From the human T2T-CHM13v2.0 reference genome, Homo sapiens: 64,000 nucleotides of DNA. The stretch lies in assembly GCF_009914755.1 (NCBI RefSeq), contig NC_060933.1; one strand, written 5' to 3'. This document shows, one piece after another, positions 29,422 to 49,371 of the stretch (position 1 is its first letter; every line of letters starts with the position of its first letter). Both the position numbers and the translations under genes were made by a program. Below the pieces are notes generated by a model. That model was not told where the DNA came from. It searched no databases and worked only from the letters and a program-made list of their open reading frames with translations.

Positions 29422-30272
29422 TAAAATAATAGAGAATTAAAACAAATATAAACATTCATAAATGCCAGAAAATAAATGTTTTAAAGAGCATAGAAGACAC
29501 CTCATAGAAAAAAGGAATATAACAAATAAAGCAACACATGTAATTATAAAATACTGTGACAACTGAGGCCAAATGTATGAGTAATAAAAATTAATGTAAA
29601 TAAACCTAACTTACCCACTAAAAGAAAAACAATTTCAACTTGGCTTACAAAGCCAAACCCAATCACATACTGTATGTTTCCTGAATACAGAGAGATACAG
29701 AAAGGGTAAATAAAGGTATGAACAAAGGTATTTCAGGCAAGTGGAAATTGTTTAAAAGTCCTATCTTATTTCTCAAAACACAGAATTCAAGGCAAAGGCA
29801 TTAAATATAAAAGGGGCACTTTTTAATACTGAAAGTCACAATTCACAATGAAGACATAAAATTGTGAATATCTATGCATCAGATAACATAGCAACCACTT
29901 TATAAAGAAAACTACAGGAGGCGTATAGAAGATATATACATATAAACACACAAATAAGAGACTCCAATATTCCACTCAGTACAAGACACATCAATTGAGC
30001 TTTGTGGGGTGATGGAAATGTTTTATATCTTCATAGAGATGAGGGTTACATGGGTATATATCTGCTTTTACCAAAACTAACTGAACTGTGTAAGATCTTT
30101 ACATTTCATTGTATGTAAATTAGGCCTTGAAAAAAATAAAGTAGGCAAGGGGAAAAGTGATATTTAAAAATACTTTTCACTCATGAAAGTCCCAGACAAC
30201 TTTCTATCAGGGGAAGAGTACTCAGAAAAAGTATAGCGTGAACAGCTGCAGGAACAGTTGAAGTGAACTTCC

Positions 30273-30697
30273 TATATTAGCATTCTCCAGGGAAACCAAC
30301 AGGATGTGTACAGAGAGAAAGAGAGAGAGAGACAGAGAGAGTGATTGAGATTTATTTTAAGGAACTGGCTTACATGATTGTTGAGGCTGGCAAGTCCAAA
30401 ATCTGAAGGATAGGCAGGCAGGCTGAAGAAAAAAGTCACAGTATGAGACTGAAGGCAGTCTGCTAGCAGAATTCCCCATTCCCTCTCCTTGGGGAAGGTC
30501 AGTCTTTTTCTCAAGGCCTTCACTGACGGGATGAGGCTCACTTGCATTATGGAGGGCAATCTGCTTTACTCGAAGTCCAGTGATTTGCATGTTAATCTTA
30601 CCCAGAAAATATTTTCACAGAAACATCTAGGATAGCATTTGACCAGATACCTGGGTGCTGTGGTCTACCCAAGTTGACACATAAAATAACCATCATA
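30273..30697 (-). mobile_element. MLT2 (ERVL) solo LTR with internal (GA)n
   Basis: Terminus aagttgacacataaaataaccatca; exact 5-bp TSD cttcc at 30268-30272 and 30698-30702. Confidence 0.87.
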
Positions 30698-31859
30698 CTT
30701 CCCAAAAAGACATTAGAAAGGGAGAGACCATCCTGGTTTGCTCACTTTTTAAAACACCTCACAAGCAAACAAACTCTTTACAGCTTTTGAAGATGAGAAA
30801 ATGTCATATGTCTTGACATTTCTCCTCCTCCTTTCTCAAGCATCTGTCTCCGTACTAAGCCCAAGTAGAATGCTTTAAAAGAAAAACAGTTGCTAAATTT
30901 AACAATTCAACACATGTCTTGAGTACCCATCAAGTGCCAGTGATTATACTGGATGCCAAGAATACAGAGATAAATGAAAACCCATTCATGTCTGCCTCCC
31001 TTTAATTCTAAAGGAAAACAAAGACATAAACTACATAATCGTGATACAAGATGGTCAGTGTTACAACAGATATACACAAAGGGAGGAAGAAGTGGGAGGA
31101 TGGCAGTTGCTCACTTAATTGGAAATGATGGGAGAGGAGGGCAGAGAAATCTTCATATTTTGCCAAGAAGAGAAGGGTAGAGTCTGGGTAGGAGGTAGTA
31201 CCAAGAAGAGTATCACTCATACCAGAAGTAACAGTGTGTGTTGGGTGCAAATAAGGGTTGGATGTGGCTATGCAGTGCAAAGGGAGTGCTGAAAAGAATC
31301 CCGAAATATACACAAAGTCCAGACTACCGAAGACCTAACATGCTTTGCCAAGGAATTTGAACTTACTCTCCAGGCAACAGGAAATCCATCAAAAGTTTTT
31401 TAATAGGGAAGTAGACATAATGAAATCGATATTTGAAAGATAAACTGGCAGCACCATAAAGAATATCCTAGAAAGAAGTTTTACAGGCCAAAACATAAGT
31501 TAAGAAGCTGGAAGACCTAACTGCTAGTTTTAAAGATGGAAAAGGGAATAAAATGTACCAAAAAAGATAAAGTCATAATGCCAGGCCAAATGCTCCTGGA
31601 TCTGACAATGAACCAATATCTGACACTAAAAGTTTTTCAGTAAATCTTCTTAAAAATCATAACCAGTCTCAACTTCTTTGAGAAACAATGTAAGGCTCCT
31701 AAATTGCTGGTCAATTTAAGACTTAAACTTTAGGGCAAGAAAAACCACATGCAACTTATTAAAAGGTTTAAGAAGTGAAGGAGCAGGAAAAAAAGATGGT
31801 CATGTGACTTACCTATTGTTTAAAAGGTCAACTTGATAGAATCCCAGGGAGGGATGAAT

Positions 31860-36182
<4,323 letters not shown>

Positions 36183-36186
36183 AATA

Positions 36187-36472
36187 ATTTTTATTTTTGA
36201 GACAGGGTCTTGCTCTGTCACCCAGGTTGGAATGCAGTGGTGCTATCAGCCTTGACCTCCTGGGCTCAAGTGATTCTCCCAGCTCAGCCTCTCAAGTTCT
36301 CAAGTAGCTAAGACTACAGGCATGCACCAACATGCCCAGCTAATTTTTTTTTTTTTAATTTTGTAGAGACGGGATGTCACTATGTTGCCCTGGCTGGTCT
36401 TGAACTCCTGGGCTCAAGCAATCCTCCTACCTCAGCCTCCTGAGTAGCAAGCATAAGCCACCATGCCTGGCC
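36187..36472 (-). mobile_element. AluJ
   Basis: Dimer with small indels. Confidence 0.9.
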
Positions 36473-36507
36473 TATTAAATTTTTGTTAAGAAGTCATAAC
36501 CAGCTTT

Positions 36508-36807
<300 letters not shown>

Positions 36808-36956
36808 TCATAACCAGCTTCAATTGATTTTAGAAACATCACAGGCTCTTCCTAAGTTGCTGGTTCCTGTGATATATCTGAGGGAAAAACATACATGCCA
36901 CTTATTAACAAGTTTAAGAAATAAAGGAGGGGAGAAAAAACTATTATATGACTTAC

Positions 36957-37072
36957 CTGTTGCTTCAAAAGTCAATTTTATAGAATCCCAAGGTGTCTGT
37001 TCTTTGGATATGAGTCGGAAATGAGGAGGATTTCTTGGAGAAACTTCTGGGGCAGGAAGATACCAGTTTTTC
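36957..37072 (-). CDS. ERMP1: ERMP1 coding exon (~exon 13; KNWYLPAPE...LTFEAT)
   Basis: aaatag / gtaagt; 116 nt; bridges phase 2 to phase 1; not in ORF track. Confidence 0.93.
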
Positions 37073-37254
37073 CTATTTAGAAAGGAAGCTTCAGTTTTAG
37101 GGTGCTTTATTATTTGATGGCTATCTGTAACTCACAGAACTGTTCAGCATATATGAACACATTTTTGGGTATGAAAATAAACTGACAGACATGATAAGCA
37201 ATGCCAACTCCAACAAATTTAGGTTATTTTGTAATAAAACCTTCCCAATGTTAA

Positions 37255-37668
<414 letters not shown>

Positions 37669-37945
37669 TAGATGCTTATTGGCTATTATATTAGTTAGAA
37701 GGGCCACCTTTTCTAACCACTCAGGTTTCTAGAGAAAAGATTTTTAAAATTTGAAAAAACAAAACTACTCTTCTGAGTGCTTTATTCCACTAAAAAAAAA
37801 AAAAAAGTTTCATAATGATAGAAAAAATAGTACAAACACCACTGAACTTGTATATTAAAGGATGGCAGTTTAAATGATAAGAGTACTGATATGGTGACAA
37901 GACTTGAGAACAAACTAACCTTAAGCAGAAAAATAATGAACCAAC

Positions 37946-38148
37946 CTGATCAGAAAGTGCACTGGAAGATACCAAGGAAAACCACAAAGAGGTGCATTCT
38001 CCTCACAGTGAGCTCGGATACTATCATTGATCTCAGGAATGTGAGGGGTTATGTGAGAAATTCCAGTATAATCAAACCCATTGATCCATATTCCAGAGTC
38101 CCGTTTAACTGCATTTCCTTCCAAGTCATGGAATGTTCTAGTCATATG
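37946..38148 (-). CDS. ERMP1: ERMP1 coding exon (~exon 12; HMTRTFHD...[14 protein letters not shown])
   Basis: tttcag / gttggt; 203 nt. Confidence 0.95.
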
Positions 38149-38693
38149 CTGAAAAAAAAAGACTAGTGAAAAAACTGTTTCAACTAGTACACCCACATTC
38201 CCACCCCAGATTACAAAAATGGAGTATGACAATACCAAGAAATGATGTGGATATGGAGCAAGTGAATAAGACACTGAGAGTTTCTAAGGTACTGCTAGCG
38301 TTCTTTATTTTAAACTGGAAAATAGATATATAGATTATTGTTTTATTGTATCTTCCAAATATATTTAGGATTCCTATAAAATGTTTTTGAAACTTACTAT
38401 TTCAGACTTAAAAGACGTTAATGTTAGAGCTGCTTTTAGATAAGGATTTAAAACAAATACATCCTAAGCACATATATACATACACACTCATTTCCCTATT
38501 AGTGTTTTATGAAGCTAATTCATGTGCAGAGAAAAGTGGGAATTGCAGCTCACCACTAGATGACAGCCTTGTGCCTAACAGAATTCTATGAAAAGGCACC
38601 GTGCTCCATTTGAAATAACTTTATTCACGGCAGAAACCAGCCTGAAGAATACCAATCAGGAAAAAAACAAACAAAAAAAAACACTGCATAGGG

Positions 38694-38895
38694 CAGGAGC
38701 CGGCAAACTGCAGCCAACAGGGCAAACTGTCCACTGACTGTTTTTATATACGAACCATTATTTGAACATGGCCACACTCATTTGTTTGGGTATACTCTGT
38801 TGCTGCTTTCGCTCTGTTTCACTGCAACAGACTGTATTGCTGACAAAGCCCAAAATATTATCTTGTCCTTTACAGGAAAAGTTTGCCAACTTCTG
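38694..38895 (+). mobile_element. MER58A-like hAT-Charlie MITE
   Basis: TIRs caggagccggcaaact / agtttgccaacttctg; imperfect 8-bp TSD gcataggg/gcacagtg. Confidence 0.8.
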
Positions 38896-39216
38896 GCACA
38901 GTGGAAGAGAACCCCCAAACAAATCAGAAAATGACTTTTTAAAAATAAAAATCCTGCTTTTCCTAAGTATTACTGACATAATTATAAAACTTAATACATC
39001 ATGAAAAACACACTGAACCTCCTAAAAAAAAATCCGTTCTTCACTAAAGGTTTTACAAATTGTAAAATCTCACATAAAATTTATCACAGTGTCCTTCAGG
39101 ACTATAACAAGGAATTGTTATTTGGCCCCTTTTCAAAACCTCCTAAGTGTTTTTAATTTTTTAAGTCCTTGAATAATTATCTAGGTATAATTCCTCTGGC
39201 ATTTCTGTTTGGCTAG

Positions 39217-39430
39217 ATTAGGTTAGATGTGACTCTTGCCCTTAAGGGTATATGTTATCTTGAAGCAGGATCTTTCACTTACAGAGTATAAAATACAAAT
39301 AAGAATTATGCAAAATATACAATATGTTAGTATGTGTTCACAAACATGAGAAAGGGATGGGTATAAGGCATAAGATAATTTGTGTAGTATGAGAACTTTT
39401 AAAAACAATTTAGAAAAACTAACAATTTAG
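39217..39430 (+). repeat. Copy 1 of ~205-bp direct duplication
   Basis: Aligns by eye with 44452-44656 (attaggttagatgtgactcttgcccttaaggg...aacaatttag). Confidence 0.93.
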
Positions 39431-39487
39431 CCATCTCTAACAGAGATGACTAGAATTGAGGCTTACTGCTTTATAGTACCAGGTCTA

Positions 39488-39847
<360 letters not shown>

Positions 39848-40315
39848 TCACTTTATTAAACCCTTTCTAAGTTATAGTTTCACTATCACATATCACTTTG
39901 AATGTTACTTAAGATTAATTTTACTAGCACTTCTAAACATCAATTTTATTTTGCCAGTTGACAGTTTAGATTTTACTCAGCCTGTATACATTTTTACAAT
40001 CTATATTTCTAAAAACTCATTATTCCATAATAAATATTTGCTCCTGTTTTTCCAAATAGATGCAGTTTTATAATTTGAATAGTAATAAAAACAAGCAAAC
40101 ATTTCCAATTCAGTCTCCTGGGAGATATATGTCTAGCTGATAAGAATGCCTCTTGACAGTCAGTCTTCTCCTCACTGCCTTACACACAAAAAAGGTGAGT
40201 ATGACTAAATAGGTCAACAGCAGAAAAGTCAGCTGCGCTTGCTATTCACTACTGAAGCTCAAAACACACAGGGCTTCCTTTCCAGATCTCAAATACCTCA
40301 TGCAAAACTGCTCAC

Positions 40316-40468
40316 CTGAAGAAACACTCTCTTTGGCTTCGGATTAGCAGGATTGGAGCTATATGGAAAAAATGTTCCACTGCAAACAAGGAGGAATGTA
40401 ATTGCACATACCAAAGTTAAAGTTAGCATGGTTTTTTTTGTGCTCTTGGCAAGGTAGATGAAGTTAAT
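40316..40468 (-). CDS. ERMP1: ERMP1 coding exon (~exon 11; INFIYLAK...FPYS...PKRVFLQ)
   Basis: tttcag / gtgagc; 153 nt, phase 0/0. Confidence 0.95.
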
Positions 40469-41526
40469 CTGAAACACAAACCACAAACACAGAAATATTA
40501 CAAATTCATTCTAGTGGTGGAAAGGTGTTTTTAACTAACTTTATTTTTAACAGTATTACCTAACAGCCCCTGAAGAAAATTTATCAGCAGGTGCTAGCAT
40601 ACTCTAACATCTAGTAAACAAAGCACTAACTCTAGGAGATTTCCATTGCAGGTGAGAACCTAGAAAATGACAGATGCCTCCAATCTGCCATGATGGTGCC
40701 ACCTTTTTGGCATGCAGCCAAAAACCAAGAGGGAAAAAGGAAACTCAGGACTGTCGCTGTCCTTAATGTGCGAAAAGAACAGAAATGTAGATGTAATGGA
40801 TTATTCATTAAATAACCAGAGATAAGCTTTAAGCTTAGGCAGATCTGTTTGGACAAAACTCAAATTCCACTCATAATGCTTTAAAATATGTCAAAATACT
40901 AAATTCATCTCAACTGGCATAGAGATGTACCTTCAAGACTCTGCCAGTGGACCTGCATAAGAGGAAAAACTGCATTACAAAGTAATATTATCCCTCTAAG
41001 TGACAAATTAACCAATGCCAACACAATCAAAACAATAAATCTAGGCAGTAAATGTAAATGACTCAGTCTCAAGGTTGGCATCTAGAAAATCCTAAATATT
41101 TTCAATCGTAATGAAATCGCTGAACTAAAAACTGTAAAGGACACACACGACTCACAGAGTATGTCCACAGATCCCTTACAGGGTCTGAAGAAGCCATTTG
41201 GGGAAACTTTTATGTGAAATCTGAAATTGTTCTAAGAAGCCACATTTTAAATATTGTGAATACTGAGAGAAAGATGGACAGCGAGGGTGACACATTTTGT
41301 TTTGCTAGCTCAGCCTCAAGTCCTCAGGTACTCTGTCATATTTTTGTACTCAGTATACAAATGTGAGATGTGTGACCTAAGGCTAGTACTGTTTTGCTGC
41401 AGATGCCTCTGGATGGAATATTGGTATACTATAGACATGAAATCTAAACCCACCTCCCCTTTATGCCTTCTTCATTTTATTTCTCTACTTATTTCCATAA
41501 GTAGAAAAATAACATGAATGTGAAAT

Positions 41527-41824
41527 TTTATTTATTTTTCTGGAGACAGAGTCTCGCTCTGTCACCCAGGCTGGAGTGCAGAGGCACGATCTCAGCTCAC
41601 TGCAATCTCCAACACTCAGGTTCAAGCGATTCTTGTGCCTCAGCCTCCTGAGTAGCTGAAATTACAAGTGTGCACCACCGTGCTCAGCTAATTTCTTGTG
41701 TTTTTAGTACAGACAGGGTTTCACCATGTTGGCCAGGCTGGTCTTGAACTGCTGACCTTAAGTCATCCACCCGCCTCAGCCTCCCAAAGTGCTGGGATTA
41801 CAGGCGTGAGCCACCATGCCCAGC
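41527..41824 (-). mobile_element. AluS
   Basis: Full dimer. Confidence 0.94.
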
Positions 41825-42062
41825 AAGCAATCAGTTAATAGGTGTCCTTAAGTTATTCTCTGCTGGACCTTCATGGTTATACGTATACTGATTGAATGAC
41901 AGGGGAAATGGGGACTGCTGATACAAGTGGGGTCAGGAGGAGAAGACTCAGAAACAGCTCAGTTATCAGCACACAATGGACATTTCAGAGTCCCTTTTCA
42001 TGCTTCTCTTCATTTTATTTTGCACCCATCTCAGAACCTAGAGTGACACAGGATGCAATATT

Positions 42063-42204
42063 TCAGGAAGGCCGAGGCACGAGAATTGCTTGAACCCAGG
42101 AGGCGGTGGTTGCAGGGAGCCGAGATTACACCACTGCACTCCAGCCTGAGTGACAGAGCGAGACTCTGTCTCAAAAACAAACAAACAAACAAACAAACAA
42201 AAAA
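42063..42204 (+). mobile_element. 5'-truncated Alu right arm with (AAAC)n tail
   Basis: Right-arm sequence only. Confidence 0.9.
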
Positions 42205-44166
42205 CCGTGATTGCTTGACAAGACTTTAATTGCTTTCTAGCAGATGTATTTAATAAATCCCCAAGGACTGAAGGGAAAGCTGTCTGAAATATGCATTGTG
42301 GTTCAATTCTCCATTACCCAAAGAAAACAGTCTTACTCTATTAATAAGCCACTATCATTAACACTGCTACACATAAGTAAGAAAATAATTAAAAGAGTGA
42401 TAACTCATGGCATCAAAGTGCGGCAGGGCTATTTCACATTATAATGAAAAATAAGTGAGCTTTCTAAAGTATTCCAAGAGGCAGTCTTCTCTCCAAAAGC
42501 TTTCCCAATAAAATATAATTTAGATGATAAGACACTTTAATCCTCTTTCTTCTGGTTTCCAAGATTTCCATGCTTTGGGGACATTTTCCATTTCCACAAT
42601 GAACATCTCCAGGGTTCATTTTGCCCCCTTTCATATTATCAGTGGAACAGAATTTAAATGTCCCCTATCTGAGTCATCTTTTATGGACATCCATAGCTCC
42701 CATTCATGACTATAATTTAACAAATAAACGGGGGTGTGGGGGCATTCAGTTCATAACTAGTTGACTTCAGATTAGATTAGAACCTAATCTATAGATAACA
42801 AAAGTCCACTGTCTCCTTCAATCCTTACAACAGCAAACCTATCAAAAATACAGATGATATAAGGGTTACTATTAAACTCAAAAGCAGCAAACCCTACAGG
42901 CAGCAAAGAACATTTTAGAACTTTTCATACAGCCCTATGAATACCAATAAGGATTATCCTTATCCTTATATTATCCTTAATAATTATCCTATAAGTAAAA
43001 TGGTTGGAAGGCTCAGATCTCTTTTAAGACTAGTACAACCAACCTCAAACAATAATATGCATAAGAATTACTCTACAGGACTATATACACAAAGTCACAT
43101 ATATAGAGCTTTACTGGCTATAAGGGACTTCCACGGATGATGCTGACCATGTGTGTAGTGTTTTCCTTACCTGCTGTCTTTAGAACCTAACTTCCACAAA
43201 GTAAAGGGGTAACGAATGCCCTTTACTATATCAGTATGAAAAGGCTCACTATCATCTCCATGAAGAAAAGAACTATAATAAAATCATAGCTCCTTTTCCT
43301 GTTTGGTTCCCTATCCTCAAATTTCAAGGTGCACCTCTGAGTGTTCAATAATTACTTTTTATTCTTAGGAATTCCCACCAAAAGAGACCTGCATTCTCTG
43401 GAGGGGCCCATCTTGGATCGTGGAGGTGGACATCAAACCAAAGCAAAACCTTGCTTGGGGCTTACTCTGCTCAAGGGGGGTCTGGTCTTAAACTCTGCAT
43501 CACTGTCTTTTCTTCCCTCTGGGAATCCCAAGGGAAGAAAAAAAGGGATGGCAAACACAGGACTCTCCTTACTAGGGCAGGACACTGATACGGCAAAATG
43601 AGGACTGACAAGGCCTGTGATCATTTCATTATTTGGTAAATGAAGGCACGTTTGGGTGTCATAACAGACTCAATTAACAAGCTTTCATGTGGTAGCAACA
43701 AGGTAGTGGAATGATAATGAAAAAAGCCTCATCAGATTTAGTCTTCCTTCACTAGCTCTAAAAGCACTAATAAAACCACCCATGTATCTATTAACATGTG
43801 CCTCTAATTAGTAATTTCAAAATATACTATTAGGATCATTCACCACCAGGCAATCTCTAACAATTAATACTTGGTAAACGCTCTACAAATTCACACTCAG
43901 GTATCTGACAGGCTATTTGAAAAGAGGTAAATCAGAGAATTTGGAAGGATAGGGAGGCAAAAAACTTTTAAACAGCAACAACAAACTCTATACTACAGTT
44001 TCTTACGATACCAAATTTACAAGATGCATGGCCATTCATTCACCATTTCTTCTGCTTCAGATTTTCTCAATAAAGTACACGTAACACTATTTCACAGAAT
44101 CTAGTATGGCTAAATTCATATTCATATAAAAAATGAAGAAAAAGAAAAAAACTTATTTTCTCTTAC

Positions 44167-44357
44167 AAAATAGGACGAGAGAATCATTGTACAGCCAGCC
44201 AAAATGGATGCCAGCACAACATCAGGTGGGATTTCAGAACCACTTCTCCCGAGGATAGGGGTAAACATCTCAAATACTGCCCAGATGAGGTACAATGCAT
44301 AAAGATAAGGAATAAACATCCCCAAAAGGTAAAAAGCAATAAATTTTCCTTGGGCAC
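44167..44357 (-). CDS. ERMP1: ERMP1 coding exon (~exon 10; GAQGKF...PILGRSG...LSSYF)
   Basis: ccctag / gtaaga; 191 nt. Confidence 0.95.
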
Positions 44358-44451
44358 CTAGGGAAAAAGAGAAAAAAAGCACACATCTATGAAATCCTCC
44401 AGTGAGATATAAATTTTTATAGTACTGGTGTGCCTTGGTACCCTAACAGAA

Positions 44452-44656
44452 ATTAGGTTAGATGTGACTCTTGCCCTTAAGGGTGTATGTTATCTTGGAG
44501 TAGGATCTTTCACTCAGGATAAAATACAAATAAGAATAAAGCAAAATACACAAGTAATATATTAGTATGTGTTCACAAACATGAGAAAGGGATGGAGTAT
44601 AAGGCATAAGATAATTTGTGTGGTATGAAAACTTTTAAAAACTAACAATTTAGAAA
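44452..44656 (+). repeat. Copy 2 of ~205-bp direct duplication
   Basis: Aligns with 39217-39430. Confidence 0.93.
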
Positions 44657-44750
44657 GCCTACCCAATAAAACCAAAAAAGAAAGAGTCCCTGAAAGCCTT
44701 AAGTATTTTAAGGTATTCTCCCATGTATATCAAAATCAAAAATACCCTAC

Positions 44751-44925
44751 CATGCTGCTTGAAGTCCTTATGCACACAGAGCTTTGTGAGCAATGGGAAT
44801 GCTACCCAGACAGCACTAATAAACGCCGAGCAAAGTCCTTGGTAAGTGAGGGTAACAAGAAAACAGCAATGGACAAACAGCGAAATGTCAAAAAATACTT
44901 CTCCCAGATACTGGGCACTGGCATT
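44751..44925 (-). CDS. ERMP1: ERMP1 coding exon (~exon 9; NASAQYLGE...DFKQH)
   Basis: tttcag / gtaggg; 175 nt. Confidence 0.94.
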
Positions 44926-45567
44926 CTGAAAGAAAGAAAAATATACAAGTAGTCTCATTCAGGGGTCATGCATAAAGAGCTTTTATTATAGTAACACACT
45001 TTCCATCACTCAGGAAAGCTACATTTTGTTTTAAACACAGTCTGCTCTTTAAACTGATTTAAAGTAAACACTAACAAAGCTACCTCCCCCATCATGAAGT
45101 AGTAAATTCAAATGTAGCACAAGAAAGGGCATTTTAACAATATAGAGTATAAATGCTCCATGTACTCTATGCTTTTCTTCTACTAGGCTAAAAGTAGAAA
45201 TTTTCCAAAATAGAAGAAAGGACTCTCCGAAAAAACAATCATCTCTGTAAGCTTTTCAGTTCATGCCAATTCCAAACACTGTTTCAAGCAAACTAGAGAA
45301 ATGACCTGTGAAGGAACGTTAGGAACTGCTGCAGCACCACCAATAACCCACATCTGGAAAACTGCAGCACCTTTAAAGCAATCTGGAGTTTGGCTTATTT
45401 TCATGAGTTTTTTCTATCTCCAGTTGGTCTTGTACTGCACCTTTGCCCCCTTCTTGTATTCCTCATGATTTCCTATTATAAAATTTGATCTTACAGTTTT
45501 TGAGATTTAAAGTCCAAGGGTTCCTATGTAGCACCTTGCACTCTTCAAAATAAAGTTGCCATATAAA

Positions 45568-45879
45568 CTTTTTTTTTTTTTTTTTGAGACAGGTTCTCGC
45601 TCTGTCGCCTAGGCCGGAGTCCAGTGGTGCGATCTCGGCCCACTGCAGTCTCAGCCTCCTGGGCTCAAGTGATTCTTCTGCCTCAGCCTCCTGAAGTAAC
45701 TGGGACTATAGGCACACACCACTACACCCAGCAAAGTTTAAAAAAAACATTTTTTTTTTGGCAGAGACAGGGTCTTGCCATGTTGCTCAGCCTGGTCTCA
45801 AACACCTGGCCTCAAGCAGTCTTCCCACCTCAGCCTCCCAAAGCACTGGGATTACAGGTGTGAGCCACTGTGCCTGGCC
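45568..45879 (-). mobile_element. AluJ
   Basis: Full dimer. Confidence 0.93.
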
Positions 45880-46590
45880 TAATATGAACTTAATACATTT
45901 TAACATCTGCATGAGTAATTCTATTCACACAAACATGAAAGTTTTAATTACGGTGCATAAATACAAAGATGGAAATGGAGAAATAGATATATTAAAGTTT
46001 CTCCTTCTTCAAGGGCTCAAGAGTTTCTGTGACGTGTTTTCAAAACAAGTTACAGTTCATGTAACAACCCCTCCCCGCTCCCAACAATGAAAGATAGGCT
46101 ACAGCTGCTAAATACTTAAGTTATTAACACTGCGTTGATCAAGAGGCTTGGTCTTTAAAAATAAGAAAATTATTATTATAGTTCAATTTGAAGCTGAATG
46201 CCACTCAGATATTCAAAAACAAAGATCTCATTTTAAGTGCCCAAACTGCACCAAAGATAAAACATCGCTCGAATCTATTTTCCTCCTCACCTCTATTCAT
46301 CCCCTGCCCACTCCTGCTCCATTCCAGTCCACTTTATACATTGTTATCAGTTTTCTCACAAAATCACAAATTCTCTCACTGACCTGCCCAAAACATTTTA
46401 ATAGTGGCCCCATTGATTTTTAGAATCATGCTCCCACTTCACCCTGGCCTCCTTTTCCAGTTATTGGACTACCTCCTTGTCTTCACCACACTGGACTGTC
46501 CACTAACTGACACAGATGCATTTTATACATTCCCACCTTAAACCGCTCATCAATCTGTTCCCTACCTGGTATATTTTAACACATGCTTCA

Positions 46591-46917
<327 letters not shown>

Positions 46918-47125
46918 TCAAATGTTGCCATCTCAGCCACCCTGACTTCCACAAGCAAAATTCATCTCGCCTCCCCTATATTCTTACAGCATAGTTATAT
47001 GTCAGTCTCACTTCATCCCACAATATATTGCAATTATTATCATTCCCACACCTTCCCAAACGAAACTGAGAGCTCCTCAAAGAAAGAGATCACATTCTTA
47101 TGGCTCTCTTATGGCATCATTCTTG

Positions 47126-47261
47126 TTTTTTTTAAAAAAAAATAATAGAGATGTGGTCTCACTTATATTGCCCAGGCTGGTCTCAAACTCCTGGCCTCAA
47201 GCAGTCTTCCTGCCTTGGCCTCCCAATGTTGGGATTACAGGTGTAAGCCACCATGCCCAGT
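47126..47261 (-). mobile_element. Alu left monomer (FLAM-like)
   Basis: Monomer flanked by tctcttatgg(c/t)atcattctt repeats (TSD). Confidence 0.88.
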
Positions 47262-47873
47262 CTCTTATGGTATCATTCTTCTGCTACCATGTTCACTGGG
47301 CACTTAAAGAATATTTGTGAAAAGAAAATGAAACACATCACTCTTTCTATTGTGCTTTTACCCTAAAGTGTTACGATCAGACAACTGAAATTAGTAAAAG
47401 TACATGAAATTTTATTACACATTTCTATCCTACTTCTGCCCCAATCAACAATAGTTAGCCACACTCTGATTACATACAATTACAATAAAAATAAGCATGT
47501 GAAATTGAGCCCCACGGTATAATTCTTTTGGGAACTGAAGCCACTAAGATAAAAATATGAGCTCAACCATAAGCAGACGGCTAACCTCAAAGAACCTTCC
47601 TTCAGCAGGAGCTGCTAACATGGAAGGTTCCACAGAACACATCCCAACATTAACTGAAACTCAGACCAAAGTTCAGATACCAAAGACATACTTGTGGAAG
47701 GATGTTGGGTTAAAATCATCCATGTCTCATTCTAATCTTTATCAGGATAAATTGAAAACAGTAGGCTTACATGGAGCTAAGAAAGATCTTCCTCTTTAAT
47801 TCACATAAACAATCTGAAACCATGACTCTTCACTGTAATTCATTTTTAGACCTATTATTTTACAGCTTTTTAA

Positions 47874-48158
<285 letters not shown>

Positions 48159-48174
48159 CATAGCCCTAATTTCT

Positions 48175-48459
<285 letters not shown>

Positions 48460-49150
48460 AGCCCTAATTTCTAATTTTATTTTTGCCAAACAAATTTATG
48501 CATTTGAAACCATAATAATATAACAATATTCTCAGTATAAATCATTTGGAACCCTATTTCCCTTCCCTCTGTTTTCCTTAGCAATGTGTCTTTTAACTCC
48601 AATGACATACATGCATGCAGAATCTGAATCAACAATATACAGTTAAAAAGAAAAAACAGTGAGGGAAAAACTGAAAAAACTTTAAGTACAACATTCTTTT
48701 AGGCAACAAATACTTGCTGTGTGTTAATGCTGTGTGTCAGACACTACCTAAGCACAGAGGATACAGAAATAAATAAAACAATCCCTATCCTCAAGGAGCT
48801 TACACTCCAATGGAGAACAGATATTCAAATAACATAAATAAGTGGGTGAGCCCAGGACATATTTACAAACACTGCAGCAAATTCAGTAGAAGGCTGTGCT
48901 AACAAGCCTTCCAGTCACCACCACCCTAACACTGTTAACAGCCCGGCTTTATAACCTCATTTGAATTTTGTGACATTACCCTCAGAATAAGAAATCTTTC
49001 AGAAAATTAACACAGTGTAGGTGCGTTTTCCATAACCATGCTGAACAATTTTTTAGCACTCAAAAGGCCAAATACAATGAATCACACTTAAGTTCATCTT
49101 CAGTCCCTGGAGGCAACAGAAAGAAATCAACAAATATACCAAACACTTAC

Positions 49151-49371
49151 CATGTAATAAAATCTTTTCGCAAGAGTATGTATAAGTATTATTTTGGCTA
49201 CAGTTGCAGTTCCATACAGACAAACGGAGACATAGAAGTGGTTATACCATGAGAGAGACTGTCCAATAAGAGAGATGAACACTGCTATAATGAGAACGGT
49301 AACAAGGCTAGTGAACCAGCTGATCAAAGTGATGCCAAGTCCACACAAGAAGTCCTTCTTGTAGTTACCAG
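49151..49371 (-). CDS. ERMP1: ERMP1 coding exon (~exon 8; [11 protein letters not shown]...RFYYM), TM segments
   Basis: cattag / gtaagt; 221 nt; hydrophobic. Confidence 0.94.

Larger units (their letters stand above)
27900..30130 (+). mobile_element. Very old L1M/HAL1-like ORF1 and ORF2-EN remnants
   Basis: A-rich sense strand with ORF1-like (aagacataacctagtaaaacta) and EN-like motifs; boundaries uncertain. Confidence 0.55.
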
